Notes under the pieces: generated by a model
Told to the model about the DNA's origin: nothing
What the model saw: only the letters and a program-made list of their open reading frames with translations
Databases searched by the model: none
Shown: piece by piece, positions 1 through 7,600 of the stretch
How positions within the stretch are numbered: the stretch's first letter is position 1
Layout: each line of letters begins with the position of its first letter
Program-made: the position numbers and the translations under genes
Assembly: GCA_038207335.1 (NCBI GenBank)
Contig: JBBQZX010000016.1
Location: 1-64,000, forward strand
DNA length: 64,000 bases
Direction of reading: 5' to 3'
DNA from: Chthoniobacterales bacterium
GTDB lineage: Bacteria; Verrucomicrobiota; Verrucomicrobiia; Chthoniobacterales; Chthoniobacteraceae

Positions 1-53
1 CCGACATCGATCCCAGCGCGGACTTGGGGAGCGGGTTTTGGAGGTTGTTTCAT
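1..53 (-). CDS. IS110-family (DEDD) recombinase/transposase, N-terminal 17 codons only; continues off the left edge
   Basis: The reverse complement of 1-53 reads ATG AAA CAA CCT CCA AAA CCC GCT CCC CAA GTC CGC GCT GGG ATC GAT GTC GG = MKQPPKPAPQVRAGIDV(G). GIDV near the N-terminus matches the first catalytic Asp motif of IS110 RuvC-like domains. The motif alone is not unique (ASKHA/ROK proteins share it), but it lies directly downstream of a bridge-RNA-like region. Too short to appear in the supplied ORF track. Confidence 0.75.
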   Translation of the reverse strand, partial: MKQPPKPAPQVRAGIDV

Positions 54-99
54 GGGCGTTGTTTGGGTTTACTGTGGAGCCATCGGGAAGCCGACTCCG

Positions 100-330
100 T
101 GCAAATGTCCTCGACCGACCTTGTCAATACAGGCTCCCCGCCGCGGCAACGCGGCGGTGGCCTCAGATACTCTCCGGCGTGGACAAAAGAGTCGGGGGAC
201 CGATCTAACGAACAGGGTCGCGGCGGAGCGATCACACCGCCGGGCCCTCAGGCGTCTGCGGCCTCCCGAAAGCGCATGCATCTTCTCCCAAAACCCTTCA
301 CGCTGGCAGCTCGTTTTCGGCATGAAGACG
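100..330 (-). ncRNA. Predicted bridge RNA with target-binding loop (192-269) and donor-binding loop (106-185)
   Basis: Target loop: outer stem 259-269 pairs with 192-202, inner stems 245-248/214-217 and 237-242/221-226. It encloses left guide CAGACGCCT (250-258) and right guide TCGTTAG (205-211) in the context CCG-guide-GAGGG...ACCCTGT-guide-AT. Donor loop: outer stem 181-185/106-110, inner stems 160-163/131-134 and a perfect 8-bp hairpin 138-145/150-157. Its motifs CCGG-AGAGTATCT and TGTATTGACAAGG closely parallel the IS621 donor loop. The 5' and 3' ends are approximate. Confidence 0.8.
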
Positions 331-363
331 AGATACAAGGCGTCGCTACGCGCGTCCCATAAC

Positions 364-978
364 ATGAGAACCATTCTCTTCCTTCTCTGTCCTTTGATCG
401 CCTGCGCTTCCAGCCGGGGCGCGGAGGATCAACCCAAGGGCGATCCGCAGCCACTGGGTCTCACCAAGTTCGACCGAACCATCATCGACGCTCACGAACA
501 AGGCTACCCCATGTCGTGCATCGCGAGTTCAGTGGAGATGCTCCTGAAGCTGCTTGGTCAGGTGCCGAATTCGTATCGCGACCTGCAACTCGCGTGGCGA
601 AACAAGTCTGATGGCTGCTGGCGCGACTTCAACAACAAGACCTTTGCGGGTGTAACCTTCAGGTATCACGAAGGCTACTCGATGGATCAATTGTTCGAAT
701 CGATTGACCGTGAACTCCATGCCGGGCGGTTTGTAGTCGTAGGGCTCCGCAGCCCCGGCGGAACCCACAGTTGGGTAGTCTATGATGAGGACACCAGCGG
801 AGAGTTTCTGGCGATCTCCAAGGACCGAAGCCGCACCATCGAAGAGCGGCACGTCAAGGAGGCTATCATCCGACAGCAAGGTAGCGACCTAGGGACTTAC
901 GAATTTCCTACTTCACCGATGCGCCTCCAGAGCGCGCCACCCCGATTTCAACCCGGACCGCCGGCATTTCAACCGTGA
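364..978 (+). CDS. Cassette 1: secreted papain-fold, C39-like cysteine peptidase (204 aa)
   Basis: The likely start is ATG 364, not the ORF-track start at 52, which lies inside the IS. Signal-peptide-like MRTILFLLCPLIACASSRGA. Motif Q-x5-C (EQGYPMSCIASSVEMLLKLLG) and downstream GTHSWVV...FLAISKD resemble the C39-like catalytic Cys/His arrangement. Confidence 0.65.
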   Translation: MRTILFLLCPLIACASSRGAEDQPKGDPQPLGLTKFDRTIIDAHEQGYPMSCIASSVEMLLKLLGQVPNSYRDLQLAWRNKSDGCWRDFNNKTFAGVTFRYHEGYSMDQLFESIDRELHAGRFVVVGLRSPGGTHSWVVYDEDTSGEFLAISKDRSRTIEERHVKEAIIRQQGSDLGTYEFPTSPMRLQSAPPRFQPGPPAFQP

Positions 979-1050
979 GTGCCCTTCCACGACTTGCTGT
1001 TACTGACGGATGGCAACTACCTTCATCACGTCAATGACGACACCCGCAAC

Positions 1051-1173
1051 GCCTAACCATGCGCTGCAGCGAACTGCTCCGGGCGTCACGGGACTGCTTC
1101 CACCGCCACCTTGCCGCCTGCCATGCAGCTCCCGCGCCGCCCTCCGCCGTCGCTGAGCTTGGGGTCGTTAGGC
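1051..1173 (+). other. attC recombination site (123 bp), complete
   Basis: R'' GCCTAAC 1051-1057, 5-nt spacer, L'' GCTGCAGC 1063-1070 followed by GAAC. On the other arm: GTC, L' GCTGAGC 1152-1158, 8-nt spacer, R' GTTAGGC 1167-1173. R'' and R' are perfectly complementary, and the L arms pair with two extra unpaired bases, as expected for attC. Confidence 0.92.
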
Positions 1174-1194
1174 GGTCGCTACACGCATCCCGTA

Positions 1195-1554
1195 ATGGAG
1201 CATCATCAGACATACCGTCACGCGAGCAATTCATCCACGCGCTTGCATCCGCTGCCGTTGCTTCTCGTCATTGCGCTTCTGTTTTCCTCCTGCGCGACAA
1301 CACCTCCGCGCCAAGCCACCAAGATCGACATCGAGAGTCTATCCACGCGTGCCATCGCCAAACGCGAGACATGGGTCGGAGCCCCCTATTGTGTTGCCGT
1401 GCAAGACAAATATGACGGGACGTGGCGCGTCGAAGCTCACGCCATCGATCCCACTCACATAGACTGCGGGTGCGTTCTCTTTGTGCCAGGGTCGAGCAGA
1501 GAGATACTTTTCAGTCCTTCGGGGCGCCTTATCAGTTACTTTTCTCCGCAATGA
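1195..1554 (+). CDS. Cassette 2: small putative lipoprotein of unknown function (119 aa)
   Basis: ATG lies 21 nt after R'. Hydrophobic stretch LPLLLVIALLFSSC ends in a lipobox-like Cys. The stop codon is 7 nt before the next R'' box. Confidence 0.7.
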   Translation: MEHHQTYRHASNSSTRLHPLPLLLVIALLFSSCATTPPRQATKIDIESLSTRAIAKRETWVGAPYCVAVQDKYDGTWRVEAHAIDPTHIDCGCVLFVPGSSREILFSPSGRLISYFSPQ

Positions 1555-1561
1555 CCGCAAC

Positions 1562-1631
1562 GCCTAACCATGCGCTGCAGCGAACGGCTCCGGGGTCGGT
1601 GGCAATGTTTGAGAGCTAGGGGACGATGGGG
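1562..1631 (+). other. Second attC: intact left arm, missing or degenerate right arm
   Basis: 1555-1594 matches 1044-1083 at 39 of 40 positions (R'' 1562-1568, L'' 1574-1581). No intact L' or R' follows. 1613-1630 matches 1155-1172 at 14 of 18 positions. Confidence 0.7.
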
Positions 1632-4600
1632 ATGCTGTTGGTGCCGCGGCCGGCGTTGACTTTGGTGTAGAGGTCGCTGCCGCCGGAGAGGGTGAAGGTG
1701 TCGTTGCCCGCTCCGAGGCCGACTTTCACGGACTCGAATCCGGTATAGCTGACGCCGAGGCCGAGGCCGGTGAGGGCGCTGAGGGTGAGGAGGCCGTTGT
1801 CGCCGGTGGCAAAGCCGGTGTCGTCGATGGTGAGGAGGTCGGGCTTTTTGGGGTTTGCGCCTGCGTCGAGGGTGACGGGGCCGGCGATGCCGCCCAGAAT
1901 GCCGCCGGGGCCGGGGGCGCGGCTGCCGAGGGCGATGCGGTCGCTGCCGAGGCCGGTGGCGATGGTGAGGAGGCCGGTGGTGGCGCGGATGTTGACGATG
2001 TCATTGCCCGCGCCGGTGTCGATGGTGACGGCGAAGGCGGGGGTGGAGTCGATGGTGAGGGTGTCGCTGCCGGAGCCGAGGGCGATGTGGAGGGCGGCGA
2101 GGCCGGTGAAGGCGATGCCGGCTTTGCCCATGCCTTCGCCGAGGAATGCGGTGGCGGTGAGGTGGCCGGCGGTGGCGGCTTTGCTGGCGGCGCCGGCGAT
2201 GCGGAGGAGGTCGGCGCCGCTGCCATCGAGGATGATGGCGCCTTTGATGGAGGTGAGGTGGCCATTGGCGTCGCCCGCGGTGAAGGTATTGATGCCGGCG
2301 CCGCCGTGGAGGGTGACGGTGGTGGCCGCGCCGCTGCCGGTGATGGCGGCGGTGTCGCTGCCGCTCCCGAAGGCGATATTCAGCGCGCCGATGGCGTGAT
2401 ATTCGACCACGCCGGTGCCGCTGCCGAGTCCACCGAGGACGGTGGCGGAGAGGGTCCAGGCGCGGGCGGCGGTGTTTGCGGAATCGTCGATGGCGAGGGT
2501 GTCGTGCCGGGTGCCGAAGATGCGGATGAGGCCATCGATGCCGCCCACGATGCCGCCGATGCCGGGGAGGGCGCTGGCGGAGGTGCCGATGTTCACGAGG
2601 TTTGTGCCGGTGCCGGTTTTGATGCTGACGGTGGTGCCGGCCTGGCTGGCGGCGATATTGAAGGTGTCGTCCCCTGCTCCGCCATCGAGGCTGGCGGCGG
2701 TGCCGAATGCGGCGGGGCTGACGCTGAAGGTGTCGTTGCCAGCGTCGCCGGTGATGCGGTCGCTGCCCTCGCTGACGATGAGGAAGTCATCGCCGCTGCC
2801 GCCTTTGATCTGATCGGCGCCTCTGCCGCCATCGATGAGGTCGGCACCGCTGCCGCCGGTGAGTTTGTCGTTGCCCTCGCCGCCGAGGAGTGTGGCCGCG
2901 CCTTTGCCGGCGGTGAGGGTGTCGCGGCCCGCGCCGCCGTCGATGAGGACGGGGATGGGATCGAGCTTGGCGTCGATTTTCACGGTGTCGTCGCCGAGGC
3001 CGCCGAAGATCTCGATGCGGTTGGTGGCGAGGAAGTCCATGACGAGCTTGTCCGCGCCGGTCTGCTTCTCGATGAGGGTGAGGCGGATGGAGTCGGCGAC
3101 TTTCCTGGTCTTGGCGAAGGTGATGCTGTCGGTGCCTTCGCTGCCGCCGATGAGGAGGATGAAGCGGCCGGGATTTGCGTCGTCGGGGAGCTGGAGGAAG
3201 GTCGCGATATTAAGCGGGACGGTGACGCTGGTGACGATGTCGGTGTCGTGGTCGGCGAGGGTGAACTCGACGGCGAAGGTGTCGGCGGTCGTGGGGCTGA
3301 AGGTGAGTTCGCGGCCCGCGCCGACGGCGACGACGTTGCCGACGGCGTCGAGGACGCGCCAGTTGGTCTCGACGTTGCCGACGATCGGCGCGCCGTCGAG
3401 GAGGGCGTGGAAAGTGAGGGGCTGGCCACGGACGCCGTCGGTCGGGCCGCCGATGCCGAGGCCGGTGGTGGTGGCCGGGAGGAAGGTGAGCGCGGCGACT
3501 TCGAGCGGGGCGTCGGCGGTGCCGAATGCGCCGGTGACGGGATCGGTGAAGCTGAAGTGGACATCGAACCGTCCGGTGCCCGCCGGTGCGAAGATGAGCT
3601 GCGCGCCGCTGCCCTGCGCGACGACGGTGTTGTGGCTGTCGGTGACGGTCCAGGTTGCGTTTCCGGTGAGCGGGGTGGCTCCGTCGAGCAGGCCGTCGAA
3701 TGTGAGGGGCTGGCCGTGGAGGCCTTGCAGCGGGCCGGTGATCGTGGCGTTCAGCGTGGCCGTGGCGGCGACGATATTCAGCGGCGCGATGCTGGCTCCG
3801 ACCGCGCCGGTGGCGGGATCGCGGAGATCGAAACGGACGCGATATTGTCCCGCGACTGCCGGTATGAAGGTGAAGTCCGCGGCGCTGCCGCTGGCGATGA
3901 CGGTGTCGCCGGAGTCGAGCACGGACCATGTCGCGGCGAAGCCCGCGGGGATGGCAAGGCCGTCGAGGAGTGCGGTGAAATTCAGCGTCTGTGCGAGCGC
4001 CGCGGTCTGAGGGCCGACGAAGCGGACATCGAGGGTGGGGATCGGAGCGGTGACGAGGAGGGTGGCGGTGGTGGTGCTGCTCGCGCCGGTGGCGGGATCG
4101 GTGAGTGTGAAGGAGACGGTGTAATTTCCAGCGGTCTGCGGGGTGAATGTGAACGTGTCGCCGCTGCCGGTGGCGGCTTCGACATTTGCGCCATCGACCG
4201 CAGACCATGTGGCTGTGAGGCCCGCGGGGACGCCGCCGATTCCGAGCAGAGCGGTGAAGGTGCGAACCTGACCGCGCACGGCTTCGACCGGGCCGCTGAT
4301 GCCGGCGGTGAGCGTGGGCAGCGCCGCACCCACATGGAGCGTGGAAGCCGCGACGCCGATGACGTTTGCGCTCGCATCGGAGAGCGTGAACTCGACGCGG
4401 TAGTCGTCGGCCGCGCCGGGGATGAACTCGAAGTCCGCCGCGGTGCCGCTGCCGACGACGACATCCGCGCTGTTGACGACGCTCCACGCGAAGGTGTCGC
4501 CGGCGGCGAGCGCGCTGGAGTCGAAGAGGCCATTGAAGGTGAGGGTCTGTCCGACGGACGCGAAGGTGAGACCGGTGAGGCCGATGGTGCGAGGGGCGTC

Positions 4601-7600
4601 GGAGGTCGGCGGGATTTGCGGAATGTTGAACGTGAGCGTGGCATCGCCGACCGCGCCGGTCGCGGAATCGATGATCCGGTAGCTGACGAGATAGGTGCCT
4701 TCCGCGCCCGGCGCGAAAACGAAGTCACGTCCGACGCCCGTGGCGACGACGGTCTGCGTCTGCGTGGCGGGATCGTAGAGCGCCGCGCTCCACGACACCG
4801 CGTAGTCACCGGTGAATGCAGTGCCATTCAGCAAGCCGCCGAAGCTCACGAGTTCGTCGAGCTTGCCGAGAGTCGGCCCGCTGACGCCGACGCTCAGGCC
4901 GGGCACGGGCGCCGCGATGTCGAGCGTGGAAAGTGCGGCGGCTTCCGCGCCGGTCGCGGCATCGACGACGGCGAGGCGCACGCTCAGGGCGCCGGTCGCG
5001 GCGGGGATGAAGGTGAAGCTCGCGCCCGAGCCGGTCGCGAGGATGTTCGACGCGGCATCGACGATCTGCCACGCGGCACTGTAGCCGGCGGGCAGCGCAC
5101 CGCCGTCATGCTGCGCTGTGAAGGTCACGGCTTGTCCGCGCACACCCTGCACCGGGCCGGCGATGCCCGCGGAGAACGTGGCGGCGGGCGGCAAGATGCT
5201 CAGCGGTGAGGAAGCGACGCCGAAGGTGCCGTTCGCCGGATCGACGAGCAGGAGCTCGACGCGGTACTGGCCCGGCGTGGCCGGCAGGAGTAGGAATTGC
5301 GAGCCACTGCCGCTCGCGACAACCGCGTTCTTTTGGTCGAAGACTTTCCACGACGCGTTCACGTTCGCGGGAATCTCGGAGCCGTTTAGAGAGCCGCCGA
5401 ATGTCAGCAGCGGCCCGCGCACGCCTGCCGCCGGGCCGGCGATGTAGACCGCGAGCGTCGGGGCATCGGCGCCGACGGTGAGCGTGGAGGTGACGATCGT
5501 GGCGAAGTTCGTGGCAATCTCGGTGAGTGTGAGCTGGACGGTGAACTCGCCCGCGGTAGTCGGGACGAACGCAAACTGGTGGCCCGTGCCCCCGCCAGCG
5601 AACGCGCCACTTTGATCGAAAATCTGCCACTCGGTGGTGAAGCCCGGCGGCACGTTCAGGTCATCGAGGAGCGCGGTGAAATTCGCGGCGATGCCGATGA
5701 ATCCTTGCGCCGGGCCGTTGAGTCCGGCGCTTATCGTGCGGCGTTTCGTGTTCACGAGCAGCTTCGCCGACGTGAGGCCGAATTCGCCGCTCGCGGTGTC
5801 GAGGATCACGAGTTCGACGCGATATTCGCCCGCCTTCTTCGCGATGAATTTCAGCGCCGAGCCGGTGCCGCTTGCAACGACTTTTCCATTCACATCGAAG
5901 ACCTGCCAGACGATCGCGAACCGGCTCGCGGGCGTGAGTCCATCGAGGAGCGCACTGACATCGAAGCGCGTTTTCTTCGCCTCGACTGCGATGGAAACGG
6001 CGAGTGTTGGGATGCGGACGATGCTCCCGCCGGGCGGCAGCACGGAGACGTCGCCGCGGTCGGTGGTCATCGCGCCGCCGGTCACGCCGGCATCCACGAA
6101 GAACTCGCGGAGGGCCGGCGTGATCGCGGCGAAGGTAAGACTGCGGAGGAGCGCAATGTCTTTGCGGCTGATGTTTCCGGTCTGCTTCAACAGGCGGTTT
6201 TTGCCCTCGGTGTCGGTGAGCTGGTCTTTGCCTTTCGCGAGCTTGCGGCCGGCTTTCACCACTGCGCCATCGAGGAATGCGACGGTCGTATCGACGTGGC
6301 TGAAGCCGAGCGTGATTGGCACCTGCTGCGTCGGATTGTAAGTGGCAAACGGGAGGGTGAGCGCGGCGTCTTTTCCAACCAGAAGGTCGTTGCCCAAGCC
6401 GCCGAAAATTGTGTCGAGATTCACCCGGAGTGTGACGGTTTTGCTAGTGCCGAAGTGACCGTATTTGGACGGCGCGAGGTCGTATTTGCCGGCGTATTTC
6501 TTCACGCCGAGGCGGAGCTGCAGGTCGTTCAGAAGCACGCTGATTTGCGCGATGGCTTTATTCGTCGTGACCGTCGAATCGGTGAGTAGCGGGAGGATCA
6601 CCACGCCATCGTCGCCGATGAGCAGGTCGTTGCCCGCGCCGCCACGGATCGTGTCGTTGCCGATGTCGAGGTCGTATTCGAAGACTTTCGGCACGAGTTT
6701 CAAATCGGTCGCGGACGGACGCAGCGCGCCGAGGTCGGCGACGTTTGTGGCGAGGTGGTAGGCGAGTTCGGCAGCGCGGATTTTCTGCTGCGTCGCGAGC
6801 GCGGAGTTCGTGTCGCTGAGCACCTTCGGCGTGATGCCGAGGACGGTCGTGGTTTTTGCCAGCGACACACCAGTGACGATCGGAGCGATGATCGCGCCTT
6901 GGTCACCGATCACGACGTCGTTGCCCGCGCCGGCGTCGATGTTGTCGTTGCCAATGAAGAGGTGGTGGTAATCGGGATCGATCGCTTTCGGCAGCAGCGC
7001 CTTCACGCGGTTCGGGTTCTGCGCGAGCCCTTGCTCGACGAGGTCATTCAGCACGCCGACGTGCGCCTCGCGGACGGTATTGAGGAAGTCGGTGGCGACA
7101 TATTCCAAATCGCGCAGGAAGCTGTGGTAGCGCAGCGCGGCGGTGGTGAAGTCCGGCGCGACGATCGGCACGCCAATGGAGAACGGGACCGTGATCAGCG
7201 CATTGTCGCCGACGATGTAGTCGTCGCCGTCGCCGCCGAGGATCGTGTCGTTGCCGATGCGAATATCGTGCGAGGTGGTGGCCGTGCCGCTGAGCTGCTC
7301 AAACAGGTCGAAGTCGAGCGAGAGGAAATGCAACGCGGTGACGGCATCGGAGACCGCGGCGCGCACGTCGTTCATCGCGAAATCGAGTGCGGCGAGGCCG
7401 GTGAAGACCGGGGCGATCACGGCCACATCGTCGGCGTAGATCGTGTCGTTGCCCGCGCCGCCGTCGATGATGTCGTTCCCCGGCAGCACGTCGGCGTGAT
7501 GGATGAGGTCGGGGACGAATGAGATGAGCGGCTGCGTGGTCGCTCCGTCGTTGCGATGCAGCGCGTCGGCGGCGGCGAGGTCGCCGAATGCGAGGTTCGG

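Larger units (their letters stand above)
1..339 (-). mobile_element. IS110-family insertion sequence (IS621-like layout), left end; core dinucleotide CT (AG at 338-339 on +)
   Basis: The minus-strand junction reads ...GCGACGC-CT-TGTAT...: flanking target half, CT core, then TGTAT as at the IS621 donor right half (recalled, not searched). About 285 nt of non-coding DNA precede the recombinase start. The flank matches the element's own left target guide. Confidence 0.8.
338..1631 (+). mobile_element. Integron-type gene cassette array (two cassettes; integrase not in window)
   Basis: Two same-strand, single-ORF units, each with a short homologous leader and each followed by an attC left arm. 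One attC is complete. Confidence 0.8.

Noticed and set aside
138..157. GC-rich hairpin as a rho-independent terminator
   Set aside because: No U-tract on either strand, and it sits where the donor-loop inner stem is expected.
203..209. ATCTAAC as the R'' box of another attC
   Set aside because: No L'' box or matching right arm follows. It is better explained as the right target guide of the bridge RNA, which mimics the attC core.
325..337. Sigma-70 -10 element at the IS left end
   Set aside because: A junction promoter is expected for IS110 circles, but TATCTC is a weak match and the -35 half would be off-window, so it cannot be supported.
52..363. N-terminal extension of the 308-aa ORF (52..978) and the overlapping ORFs 24..362, 50..235 and 69..374
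   Set aside because: They run across the IS left end and bridge-RNA region. The signal peptide and cassette leader point to ATG 364 as the real start.
1044..1594. The 40-bp direct repeat as a CRISPR array or IS terminal repeat
   Set aside because: Only two copies, 511 bp apart and flanking a gene. The internal structure is that of attC.
1059..1619. ORF-track calls 1059..1415, 1111 start, 1271..1462, 1339..1560 and 1422..1619
   Set aside because: They start inside attC or overlap the lipoprotein in other frames, with no recognisable protein features.
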